Source: an uncultured Bacilli bacterium
Lineage (GTDB): Bacteria; Bacillota_I; Bacilli_A; RF39; UBA660
Direction of reading: 5' to 3'
Assembly (NCBI GenBank): GCA_934086485.1
Contig: CAKOIF010000006.1
Span: 3,932 to 67,931, forward strand
Length of the DNA: 64,000 bases
In this document: piece after piece, positions 55,104 to 64,000 of the stretch
How positions within the stretch are numbered: the first letter of the stretch is position 1
Layout: each line of letters opens with the position of its first letter
The notes under the pieces: generated by a model
Seen by the model: the letters and a program-made list of their open reading frames with translations, nothing else
What the model was told of the DNA's origin: nothing
The model's database searches: none
Position numbers and translations under genes: made by a program

Positions 55104-55941
55104 CTAGTGTAATTCCTTTTATTTTTCCTCCAATAATATCATTATATAGTCTTTCACTAACTTTTGTAAAGTCTGTTTCTCCATTTTTTGTGAATCCCCA
55201 TTTTAAAGATAAATTATCAAATACCTCAATTGCATCAGTTTCTGATGTTTTATAAATATCTTTTAAAATATTTGGGTAACTTTTAAGATAAAAATTAATT
55301 ATGTACATACCAATATCAGAGATATTTAAGACTTCTTTTTTTATTGAGCCAATTGTTGCCATATTATAAGCGTGAGTCATATTATCAAGTTTTGGCCATA
55401 ATATTCCCGGAGAATCTAAAAGTGTTATACCATATTTTGTAGGTAAGAAATTTAAATTTTTAGTTACTCCAGGTTTATTGCCAACATTTTGAACTTTTTT
55501 ACCAACCATATTATTAATTAAAGTTGATTTACCTACATTAGGAATACCTATTACTAAAGCTTTAATTTCTTTTTCTTTTAAGCCTTTATTTTTTCTTTTT
55601 TCTTGAATATATGAAGTACACTTTTTAGTAATATCAAATAATTTTTTAAAATCTTTATTATTTTTCAAATCAAGAAGAATTACTTCATAACCTGATTTTT
55701 TATAAAGCTCTACAAAATAATTTGTTTTCTTTTCATCACATAAATCTTTTTTGGTCATAACTAAAATTTTAGTTTTACCTTTTATTATTTCATTTATATC
55801 CTTTATCATCGTAGAGACTGGACATCTTGCATCAACAACTACATAGACAATATCAATTAAATTAATATTTTCAAGTATTTGTCTTTTTGTTTTAGCCATA
55901 TGTCCTGGATAATAATTAATTTTTGTTATATTTTCATTCAT
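55081..55941 (-). CDS. rbgA: Ribosome biogenesis GTPase A (YlqF)
   Basis: INYYPGHMAKTKRQ and a circularly permuted GTPase (TKKDL...GIPNVGKST). The likely start is MNENITK at 55941. Confidence 0.9.
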   Translation of the reverse strand: MNENITKINYYPGHMAKTKRQILENINLIDIVYVVVDARCPVSTMIKDINEIIKGKTKILVMTKKDLCDEKKTNYFVELYKKSGYEVILLDLKNNKDFKKLFDITKKCTSYIQEKRKNKGLKEKEIKALVIGIPNVGKSTLINNMVGKKVQNVGNKPGVTKNLNFLPTKYGITLLDSPGILWPKLDNMTHAYNMATIGSIKKEVLNISDIGMYIINFYLKSYPNILKDIYKTSETDAIEVFDNLSLKWGFTKNGETDFTKVSERLYNDIIGGKIKGITLDEEKTDN

Positions 55942-55956
55942 TACTTTCACTTCCTT
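55928..55956. repeat. 29-nt direct repeat, right copy (covers the rbgA start region)
   Basis: ATATTTTCATTCATTACTTTCACTTCCTT matches 58867-58895 at 27 of 29 positions. Confidence 0.75.
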
Positions 55957-56959
55957 ATTCATTATCACTATTTTCATTTAAATATTTATTATAAAATTCA
56001 TCCATTGAAGAAATATATTTTTGATCTTGTATAACCCTAAATTTTTCATATTCTTTTTCCGCTTTTTCTACTGCTTCCATATGAGATATACTGCCACTAT
56101 TATTTAATATTTCTTTTCTTCTAAATTTTAATAAATCATCAGTTGCATCTATCCAATCTTTCATTGTCATTACATGTCTTTGTTTTGCTTCATCTTCTGC
56201 AAAAACTAAAAACATATTTGTTAAATCTTTTAAATTATTCATTTCTTCTTCAGTTAAATAATTTTTAGCAACAGCTACATCATATTTATATATTAAACCA
56301 TCTGGAGAATTTTTCCAATTAGTTAATCCCATATGCTCTTTATCTGAGTTTGCTCTACTATATATTAATTCGGCAGCAGTATGCCCACTTATAGCGAAAT
56401 GTAATTTATTTTGAACTATTTTAAAAAAAGTGTATGCTTCTTCAGATTTAGGACTGTAATCAGTTGAAGTTGCAATAAATAAATCAGTTATTTTTTGATA
56501 TGCCATTCTTTCACTTACTCTAATTGTTTTAATACGTTCTAATAATTCATTAAAATATTTTGTATCATATTTATTTCCATTTATAAAACGTTCATCATTT
56601 AATGCAAATCCCTTTGTCATATATTCTTTTAGAATTTTTGTAGCCCATATTCTAAATTCTGTTGCTTTTTTAGAATTAATTCTATAACCAACAGCAATTA
56701 TAGCATCTAAACTATAAATAGTTGTGTTATAGTTTTTCCCATCATCGGCAGTTAACGAGCATTTCTCGGTAACTGAATTTTTATCTAATTCTTTTTCCTC
56801 AAATATATGTTTCAAGTGTAAACTTATATTATCTGTAGAACATTCAAAAACCTTTGACATACCTTTTTGTGATAACCATAAAGTTTCGTCTTTATAAATA
56901 GCATCTACTATAATATTACCTTCACTATTTTTATATATAATTAGTTTATTATCCTCCAT
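55955..56959 (-). CDS. RhuM-family protein
   Basis: WLSQKGMSKVF...IYSLDAIIAVGYRINSKKATEFRIWATKILKEYMTKGFALNDERF is typical of the Virulence_RhuM family; 334 aa. Confidence 0.8.
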   Translation of the reverse strand: MEDNKLIIYKNSEGNIIVDAIYKDETLWLSQKGMSKVFECSTDNISLHLKHIFEEKELDKNSVTEKCSLTADDGKNYNTTIYSLDAIIAVGYRINSKKATEFRIWATKILKEYMTKGFALNDERFINGNKYDTKYFNELLERIKTIRVSERMAYQKITDLFIATSTDYSPKSEEAYTFFKIVQNKLHFAISGHTAAELIYSRANSDKEHMGLTNWKNSPDGLIYKYDVAVAKNYLTEEEMNNLKDLTNMFLVFAEDEAKQRHVMTMKDWIDATDDLLKFRRKEILNNSGSISHMEAVEKAEKEYEKFRVIQDQKYISSMDEFYNKYLNENSDNE

Positions 56960-57198
56960 TAATATCCTCCTTTTCTATAGTTTTTTTAATTTTCAATATA
57001 TCACTTTCACTTTTTGGTTCATTTAATTGTCAAAATCAGAATTATGCAATAAATCTTGTATAACTCTAAATTTTTCATATTCCACTACTGTTACTTTCAA
57101 TAATATGGGTACTTGCAACAAATATCTTTGATAACAAGACATTTATTGTTTTATTAATCTCTTATTTATTATTAAAAGCAATTTCAATCATACAATAC

Positions 57199-58074
57199 TT
57201 AATCATTTGTCCCACCAATTAATTTTTGATCATCTAATTTCGTTATACCTATTATATTATTATCGCTTGCTAAAATAGTTATTTGTCTTTTAGCAGTTTC
57301 ATTTAGTTTTTCTAATCTATCTTTTTGACCAATATTATTTTCTATCATACTAGCATTTAATACCTCTAAATTAGATAAGACAACTAAATGTAAAATATCT
57401 GTATAATCTCTTATATTACCCTCCAATTTTGGATTATTTTCTCTCCACTCTTTTGCAGTCATCCCAAACAATGCTACATTTATTACATCTGCTTCGTTAG
57501 CATAAACAAAAAGTTTTTGTTTATCTGTTAAAGTAGGAACTAAATTTTCTTTAATACTATCAGTATGTATTCTATAATTTGTTTTTGATAAGCTTCTTCT
57601 AACAGACCATTCTATTTTTTCTTGATATGTTTCATTATATTTTAATCTTTCAAATTATTGAATCAAATATAATTTAAATGCGGGATCTATCCAAGACGCA
57701 AATTCTAAGGCAATATCTGGATGTGCAAATGTACCACCATCATATTTTCCTCTTTTACTTACAAAACCTTTAGCATTTGTAGTACTTATCCATCTAGAAG
57801 GACTCATTGTAAAAGAATTATTTGCAGAGTCATTTTTAAACTCGCGAGATTCCGCTAGTTTAAAATTTTCATTAAACAATTCTTCCCAAAGTGAATAAAA
57901 ATCAAAAGAACTTTTATTGCTCATCCACTTAATAACAACATCACCAGGATTATCAGGATTTTTGTATCTTGCCAAATCTGTTAAAGATATATAATCTATA
58001 TTATCAATTCTCATTACGTTTATCAAATTATCTTTTACATTCATTTTTGTTGTAATTTTATTATTCATATACAA
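57199..58074 (-). pseudogene. KilA-N domain protein interrupted by a single in-frame TAA
   Basis: ORFs 57655..58074 (KilA-N: LTDLARYKN...FAHPDIALEFASWIDPAFKLYL) and 57199..57471 are in the same frame. The sequence between them translates without a stop (FERLKYNETYQEKIEWSVRRSL...). The only block is the TAA at 57655-57657. Confidence 0.7.
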
Positions 58075-58232
58075 TCCTTCCTTTCTATTTTATATTTTAG
58101 ATACTACAAGAAAAATCAAATATATATTAAAAATCAATTTCATTTAATAAATTTTAGTATCTAAACATGTTTTTTTCTTATTATAAAAATGTTAAAAGAC
58201 TTATTTAACTGGCTTTTTATTTTTAACTTAGC

Positions 58233-58841
58233 CTAGAAACATATTACATAATGCATTTTATTTTGAACCTTTTTAAAAAACTTAATTGTTGTCGGAGATT
58301 TTTTATCATAATCCACACTTGTCGCATAAATATCAGTAACTTTTTGATAAAAGCGTCTTTCTGATAATCTTATTTCTCTTATTTCGGCAAGTAAAGAATC
58401 ATAATAATCTTCATCAAAGAACGTACCATTTGCCATTCTCTTTTTATCTATTATATAACCTTTTTTTGAATACTCTTTTAATATATAAGTTGCCCACCTT
58501 CTAAATTGGATGGCTCTATCTGAGTTTACTTTGTAACCTACTGAAATAACTATATCTAAATTATAAAAGAGTACATTCCTAGTAATTTCTCTATTGCCTT
58601 CTTTTTGAACTAGTGCAAAATTTGCACTAGTTGAATCTTCATTAAATTCAAGCTCAGAATATATGTTTTTAATATGCTTAGTAACTACAGTTCTATCAAC
58701 ATTAAAAAGTTCTCCAATAGCTTTCTGTGTTAGCCATAAATCACCATCTTCAAATCTAACTTGAATTCCCCTATCATGTGTTTGTCTTTCGAATATTAGA
58801 AATTCCGCACTACTGCTTCTTATCATTAAATCTTTTGCCAT
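58233..58841 (-). pseudogene. C-terminally truncated RhuM-family gene
   Basis: Aligns to residues ~1-200 of 55955..56959 and stops at ...KMHYVICF, whereas the full-length copy continues for ~130 more aa. A RhuM C-terminal scrap (VEYEKFRVIQD) lies at ~57020-57090. Confidence 0.65.
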
Positions 58842-58859
58842 TTTCATCACCTCCAGCAT

Positions 58860-59171
58860 TTATTGAATATTTTCATTCATTACTTTTACTTTCTTTTTTC
58901 TTATCAACTTTAATATCAAAAAAATAATTCCATATATTGTCCAAATTACTATATCTAATAATATACTATAAATTACAATGACAAATCCCAATACTTTTGC
59001 ACCCATAAATGATGTTAACTCCACTATGCCTAAAAAATTTGATCCATCTACATATAAATTGTTATCAGCACTATTTATTAGGTTATTAGATACACTTATT
59101 CCAAATATTATTCCCAAAATAATTATAATAATTGATATTACCACCAGTATTTTTTTGATATTTTTATTCAT
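58860..59171 (-). CDS. Small 2-TM membrane protein whose 3' end is formed by the left direct repeat
   Basis: Hydrophobic ORF. Its last codons ...KVKVMNENIQ* duplicate the rbgA start context KVMNENITK. Confidence 0.5.
   Translation of the reverse strand: MNKNIKKILVVISIIIIILGIIFGISVSNNLINSADNNLYVDGSNFLGIVELTSFMGAKVLGFVIVIYSILLDIVIWTIYGIIFLILKLIRKKKVKVMNENIQ
58867..58895. repeat. 29-nt direct repeat, left copy
   Basis: ATATTTTCATTCATTACTTTTACTTTCTT matches 55928-55956 at 27 of 29 positions. Confidence 0.75.
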
Positions 59172-59346
59172 TTTTACTATCACCCTTTTTCATTTTGTCA
59201 TATTTCATAGCACTTTTCTTCTTAATATATTTAATTTAAAATAAATATTTATAATTTTAATAAAAGAATCCTATCAAACTCATACATTCTAAGTATAACA
59301 CAATTGTGATATAAAAAAAAGAAAATAATCACTTATCTTCTTTTTA

Positions 59347-60795
59347 CTATATTCCTCTTACACGGGAAAAACGAAATTTTTCTTTTGGCACATTGCAATC
59401 TATTATTTGTCTATATTTTGGACCAAGATATTTTTTAAAATCGTCATATATACCCTTTTTAAGATTATATCTCTCTTTATATTGTAGGCCATACATATAA
59501 GGATAGTAAGAAGATTTATCCATTAATCCTAAATCACTTGCTCTACCTACCTTTATAGTTCCTATGCCATTGTTGGTTATATAAATAACTGTTCCATAAC
59601 ACATATAAATTGCAAGTATTCCATTACTATAATATTTATTAAAGAAAACAGCATTATCTAAAAAATCATCTAATCTCATATATTTTTCATAAAAATTGCT
59701 TTCAGAGGTAAAAAATTCATCAACTTCGGTTTTTTGACTATCATTTATATATTTTCTTAAAAAATGAATAAATTTTCCATCATTGCTTAATTTGATAACA
59801 AATTCCGGATCATTACTATACACATTTCTTGTTATAAAAATTTCATAATTATCATTTTCTTGGCTTTCATTCTTATCATTAGCATTTTCAAAATTCAACT
59901 TGACTTTAAAATCCAATTTTCTAAGACTTGATAATGTTTCTTTGTTTAATTTATTTTCTTTTACAAGTTGTAACTTTGCTAAAGCATCCTTTAATACATC
60001 TAAAGAAGTTTGAATTTGCTCATTATCAGTAAATTTTAATTCTTTCATTCTAGCATTAAAGTTTACTAGTATAGCATTATAAGTTTCATCAAGTTCTTTA
60101 TCTAATGCCTCTTTTTGCATAACCACAGTCATTATTTCACAGCGAAGTCTATTAGCACCATCTTGTAAACTAATTTTATCATCAATGATATCATTTAAAA
60201 TAACTTTTTTCATATTAAGTATTTTTTCTAAAGTACTCGCATCTATAGTTATATCTAGTGATTGAACTACATTATTCAATGTATTTTCAATATTTTCATA
60301 ATTTTTCTTTATAACATTTACTTTTTTAATAAATTCATCAATGCAATCTACTATATTATTATCATACTTTTTTAGAAACTTTTCAGGAATATTATTCAAA
60401 ACAGTTTTTCCATATTCTGATAGTACACTATTAATTTTTGCTAAAATGTTGTTGTAAGCTGAATTTAAAATAACCTTATTAGAAATATAAGCAAACGAAT
60501 TTACAAGTTCATTAATTTTATTAACACATTCATATTCAGCACTTCCAGATTCATAAACTTTTTTACTTACAAATTTTTGCAATTTTTCTTTTAAACTATT
60601 GAAGTATGTTAAATCATAATTCGTGGATTTACCTTTTAAAACAGCATAAGCAGCATTTACTTTTTTCATCATTTCATCACTTCCACCCATATCTGGATGA
60701 TATTTTTTTGAAAGTTCTAAATATTTTTTTCTTAAATTTTCCTCAGTAAAAGTACCTGTAAAACCAAATAAATTTAATGATTCACTATAATTCAT
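59347..60795 (-). CDS. Orphan J-domain protein (482 aa) with an unknown C-terminal region
   Basis: N-terminal J domain LRKKYLELSKKYHPDMGGSDEMMKKVNAAYAVL (HPD present). The remaining ~410 aa have no recognised motif. Confidence 0.7.
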   Translation of the reverse strand: MNYSESLNLFGFTGTFTEENLRKKYLELSKKYHPDMGGSDEMMKKVNAAYAVLKGKSTNYDLTYFNSLKEKLQKFVSKKVYESGSAEYECVNKINELVNSFAYISNKVILNSAYNNILAKINSVLSEYGKTVLNNIPEKFLKKYDNNIVDCIDEFIKKVNVIKKNYENIENTLNNVVQSLDITIDASTLEKILNMKKVILNDIIDDKISLQDGANRLRCEIMTVVMQKEALDKELDETYNAILVNFNARMKELKFTDNEQIQTSLDVLKDALAKLQLVKENKLNKETLSSLRKLDFKVKLNFENANDKNESQENDNYEIFITRNVYSNDPEFVIKLSNDGKFIHFLRKYINDSQKTEVDEFFTSESNFYEKYMRLDDFLDNAVFFNKYYSNGILAIYMCYGTVIYITNNGIGTIKVGRASDLGLMDKSSYYPYMYGLQYKERYNLKKGIYDDFKKYLGPKYRQIIDCNVPKEKFRFSRVRGI

Positions 60796-60977
60796 AATAA
60801 CCCCCTAAAAAAACTCATTAATTATACAATGAGTCTCAATTTCACTTTTTTGCAACCCCCATTGCTTAATCAGTGATTTAATTATAGCATAAAAGAGACA
60901 AAATGTCAAATCAGTGTAAAGTTTTAATTGTATTTTAATTTACCTTATTTTTAATTTTTTCATAATCTTTATGAACA

Positions 60978-61598
60978 TCATAATAATCTGGAAAAATATT
61001 TTTTGTATTTATTATATATTTTAAGCCAATCATCAAAAAGTTCTTCCTCTTTTAAAGAGGATAACACTAATTTATATAGTTCTTCTTTCTTTGTTATTCC
61101 AGTATTTTTAATATAATTTATACCTTCATCAATTTTATTCATTGAAAAATATATTTCTAATTTGAGAAACACTTGAAGCTCCAAAAGTATTCCAACTAGA
61201 AAATAGTAAAGAATATGATCCTCTTGAAAGTCTATTATAAACCATAATAAGTAAATTTGTTGCACCTAAACCATCTTTTGCATCCAGAGATATTTTAGTA
61301 AGATTTTTATAATAATTTTTAACTTTAAATCTCCATTTACTTCATTCTGTCTTTGATATTATTCTATTCGGACTTGCATATACATCAGACAGAAAAGATA
61401 ATATTTCATTTGCTAAATCATCAAAGTTAATAGTCTCGATCTTTTTAGTATTGGTTTATCAATATTAATGATAATGTCATCAATCTCTTTTTTCTCTTTT
61501 ATTTTTTTAGGAATAGACTTATAAAGTCCCACGATAACCTTTTCTAAGTCAGCTTTTGGATAATCTTTAATTTTTTCTTTTAATTCACAAACTTTCAT
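60978..61598 (-). pseudogene. Frameshifted remnant of a ~200-aa gene of unknown function
   Basis: ORFs 61413..61598 and 60978..61265 are collinear fragments. The intervening sequence translates in shifted frames (..ETINFDDLANEILSFLSDVYASPNRII.. / ..WRFKVKNYYKNLTKISLDAKDGLGATNLL..). Confidence 0.45.
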
Positions 61599-61688
61599 AT
61601 AAAACCTTTCTATTTAAAAATTCCCCAATTCATTCATTAACAATGAACCATTTATTTATCATTTTATGCAAGGTATTATCACAAATTT

Positions 61689-63529
61689 TTATCCAATATG
61701 ATATGGATCTGTAGAGGTTCCTGTTCCTCCAACTATTTTTAGGATACTAGAATCTAGATAAAATGTTGGTCGGACCGCAAACTGGCTAAGGCGGACATAA
61801 CTATCAGAGTAAACACGACCAGCCGAACGCAAACCAGAAGCACCATCCGAATACGAGCCATACGGGGTAAGTAACCATTCATCTTTATTAGACCCCCAAC
61901 TAGTTACTTGTGATGTAAATACCCAATCATTATTTTTACAATCACTATATGATGAACTGTTCCAATTATATAATGCTTTAGCTCTACAATTTGCCTTATA
62001 GTTGTACTACCACCAACTGTTGCATATCCATAATCGCTTGGATACATTAGTCCTACTTTAGCAAATACATATTCCGGATTACCACTATATAAATTTTGTA
62101 GTGTCCCACTTGTAGCATACGGACTTCTTTCTGCTTTATAATAGTTTTCTGTTGTTATTGTTTGACAATAATATTTACTTGATGAAGTTGCATTTTCCCC
62201 TCCTAAATGCCATTTTGCATTTACTATTGTACTGGATAATTTACTATTTACTCCACTTGTGGCAAGAAGTGTACTTAAGTAAGTTCCATTAAGTTCTGTT
62301 TTCAATGTTGCTGTAGACCAGTCATTAAGATTTTTACCGCTAGTTTGTGTTTGATTCCAATACTTACCACTTGTTCCTCCATAGTTATTTGTATCAAGTA
62401 TTTTTAACAAATTTTTTTTACCTGCACTAGTTGTTCCATTTGAGGAATATTCTTCTTTAAATAAACCTATTATTCTAAATAATAATGAAGATGAAGAACA
62501 AGTACCTTCTTTATTACTATCTAAGCATATATAATTATTTGGATCTGCTCCTTCATACCTTATACCATTCTCATTAAAAATATCTGTATTATTTGCTACC
62601 ATTAATGTCTCAAATGATGTCCCGAGTGATATTGTAAACTCTTTTGTAGTTTTGTTATTAGCACTATCTTTTACCCATAAATAATATGTTCCTTCAGCAT
62701 TTTGTGTAAAGGAAATTGTTTGACTTGTTCCTGAAAAGCTATTATATTCTTCAGGCTCTATAGTACTACTTTCACTTACTCCATAAAATGCAAGTGATAT
62801 GTTATCTGTAGCGGTAAATGTAACTGTAGTATCGTTAACACTTAACGAAAAAATAACTGGTGCTTCACTATCACTATTTTTATCAGCATATACATTACAT
62901 ATTGCTTTTTTGGTTGTTAATACTACAATGTTTCTCCCAACTATTGAAACTGTTGCTCCATTCGTACAACTTGTTTTACTTGTATTTATGGTGTAATAAT
63001 AACCTGTTTCATATAATGGTAATTGGCCCATTTGATTATAATTTTTATCATCAGTATTGCCTAATTCTTGTTGAACAAAAAGGTTTACTTCATAATCATC
63101 AATATAACCATCAATTGCATCAAAGTATACTTTACATTTTCCTTTCTTTGTGGCATCTACATAAAACTTTTGATTTTCATATTTTTCTATTGTTATTCCT
63201 GTATCACATACTGTCTTTGAACTTTGATATGTGTATGAAGTTGCACTTGGCACATAATAAGAAAGTGCATATGTACCAAGACCTACTCCATTATCATTTT
63301 TATTTTCTCTATATACTTTGATTGATACATCTGATGAATCTATTAAAGCTACTCCGGAGATTATTAATTTTGAACTCTTATTTTGATAAAATGAATATGA
63401 TATTAAAATTATACTAGAAAGTATTGATAAAATAATTATTGTTAATATTGTTAAGCATCTTTCTTTATTATTACTATAATACTCCTTAAAATTATTTACT
63501 AATTTTTTCAAACCTCTCACACCTTCCAA
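61689..63529 (-). pseudogene. Surface protein, hypervariable-C-terminus family (member 4), with a 1-nt frameshift near 62000
   Basis: The track ORF ends in out-of-frame sequence after ...YGYATVGGSTT. Shifting frame at ~61998-62002 restores KANCRAKALYNWNSSSYSDCKNNDWVFTSQ...EWLLTPYGS...AVRPTFYLDSSILKIVGGTGTSTDPYHIG* (stop at 61689-61691). The start is either TTG 63529 or TTG 63511. Confidence 0.7.
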
Positions 63530-63735
63530 ACCTAGGTAAATACTGGCATCTATTTTCGCAAATTATAAACATTTAGGAAAACGGCATATCGATTTTACGG
63601 GAAAAGGACTAGAAATTCACTCAAAAAAATGCTAGAATTAGATTAGAAATAGCGTAAATACTAGGATAGATTTTCTTAAATGTTTATACTTTACGAAAGA
63701 CAAAGCCTTATAAACACTGGGTTTATGAGGTTTTT
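63530..63735 (-). promoter_or_regulatory. Conserved upstream module L3 of the surface-protein family
   Basis: Collinear with L1 block by block, including both GAAAAT-N6-CCNAGTATTTA boxes. Confidence 0.6.
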
Positions 63736-63789
63736 AATTACTTTTTTTAATTAAAAAAAAATTAGTATTTTTACATACCAATTTATTTT

Positions 63790-64000
63790 TTAACCAATAT
63801 GATATGGATTTGGTGATGTTCCTGTTCCTCCGACTATTTTTAACATACTAGAATCCAAATAAAATGTTGGTCTAACAATATATTTACCGCTTGCTACTGA
63901 ACCAGCAGTTCCATTCATAGCAGATACGCTTCCAGTCCAACCTAGCATCGCTGCACCATATGAGGTGACCGAATCTGGTGAAATCATCCATTCTCCACCA
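63790..64000 (-). CDS. Surface protein, hypervariable-C-terminus family (member 5), C-terminal fragment cut by window end
   Basis: GEWMISPDS...[variable]...YIVRPTFYLDSSMLKIVGGTGTSPNPYHIG*. The 3' ~90 nt are closely similar to 61689-61780. Confidence 0.7.
   Translation of the reverse strand, partial: GGEWMISPDSVTSYGAAMLGWTGSVSAMNGTAGSVASGKYIVRPTFYLDSSMLKIVGGTGTSPNPYHIG

Larger units (their letters stand above)
55957..58866. mobile_element. Decayed ~2.9-kb inserted islet (RhuM, RhuM C-terminal scrap, KilA-N pseudogene, truncated RhuM)
   Basis: Bounded by the 29-nt direct repeats that duplicate the rbgA 5' end. The cargo consists of mobile-element-associated families, mostly disrupted. No integrase remains. 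Confidence 0.45.

Noticed and set aside
60812-60840. Hairpin ACTCATT-N9-AATGAGT followed by T7, only ~15 nt upstream of the J-domain gene ATG; considered as an attenuator or riboregulator
   Set aside because: Ambiguous. It may simply be the terminator of the upstream frameshifted gene. Its loop contains TTGTATAAT, which could instead be the -10 box of the J-domain gene promoter. This cannot be resolved from sequence alone.
7997-62996. Plus-strand ORFs of 61-153 aa (and two minus-strand out-of-frame ORFs) embedded in long minus-strand genes: 7997..8200, 9785..10042, 18463..18687, 19160..19354, 26547..26747, 27210..27449, 28763..28975(-), 29666..30085, 35132..35317, 37615..37878, 39447..39731, 43072..43488, 45335..45541, 50239..50469(-), 51206..51418, 51624..51815, 54412..54600, 58978..59244, 62799..62996, 62860..63321
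   Set aside because: All lie antisense to, or out of frame within, well-supported genes (dnaK, aspS, topA and others). Their low-complexity Ser/Leu/Ile/Phe-rich translations are typical of shadow ORFs in AT-rich DNA, and none has a visible RBS.
1-64000. CRISPR array, cas genes, tRNA/rRNA genes, transposases, and a reverse transcriptase that would complete a DGR
   Set aside because: I looked for regularly spaced direct repeats, especially around the dual-HEPN gene at 33213-33319 and 36956-37029, and found none. I found no tRNA-like GGTTCGAATCC-type arms, no rRNA-like GC-rich blocks, no DDE or IS-type ORFs, and no ORF with a YxDD polymerase motif. Their absence from this window says nothing about the rest of the genome.
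1-64000. Possibility of a Mollicutes-type genetic code (TGA = Trp), given the very low GC content
   Set aside because: Many adjacent genes overlap as ATGA, with TGA as the upstream stop (for example 4811-4814, 11569-11572, 34981-34984, 36066-36069, 36488-36491). Housekeeping proteins also have normal lengths under the standard code.

Overview
Visibly AT-rich, Bacillota-like chromosome segment. It uses the standard genetic code, since TGA acts as a stop in many ATGA start/stop overlaps. Nearly all genes are on the minus strand. The backbone shows Bacillus-like housekeeping synteny: ireB-ruvX-DUF1292-mltG-trmR-U32-U32; der; engB; a T-box-led hisS-asnS-aspS-gatCAB operon; hrcA-grpE-dnaK-(pepF)-dnaJ behind two CIRCE-like operators; rumA-like, xerC/D-like, topA, ltaS-like, rbgA-rnhB. 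No rRNA, tRNA, CRISPR array, transposase or reverse transcriptase was seen. Five accessory regions stand out. (1) A five-member family of membrane-anchored surface proteins (37030, 45995, 47392, 61689 frameshifted, 63790 partial). Their C-termini carry short adenine-depleted, GC-rich hypervariable patches. An isolated noncoding AAC-rich copy of that patch lies at 47245-47318. Together these look like a diversity-generating retroelement (DGR) template repeat (TR) and variable regions (VR), but the reverse transcriptase is not in this window. Three of the genes also share a ~200-nt upstream module. (2) A four-gene, ATGA-coupled cassette (36955->33320): two small 4-TM paralogs, an alkaline-phosphatase-superfamily enzyme, and a 554-aa protein with two RNxxxHG (HEPN-type) motifs. 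This is a candidate uncharacterised defence or stress system. (3) Two and a half tandem DUF1016/YhcG-like PD-(D/E)XK genes, each carrying an internal GC-rich hairpin with compensatory changes. (4) A decayed RhuM/KilA-N islet flanked by 29-bp direct repeats at the 5' end of rbgA. (5) Membrane-bound XRE regulators flanking a 719-aa orphan; an orphan J-domain protein; a signal-less LRR protein; an orphan pseudopilin. Functional calls rest on motif recognition and synteny only, because no searches could be run.
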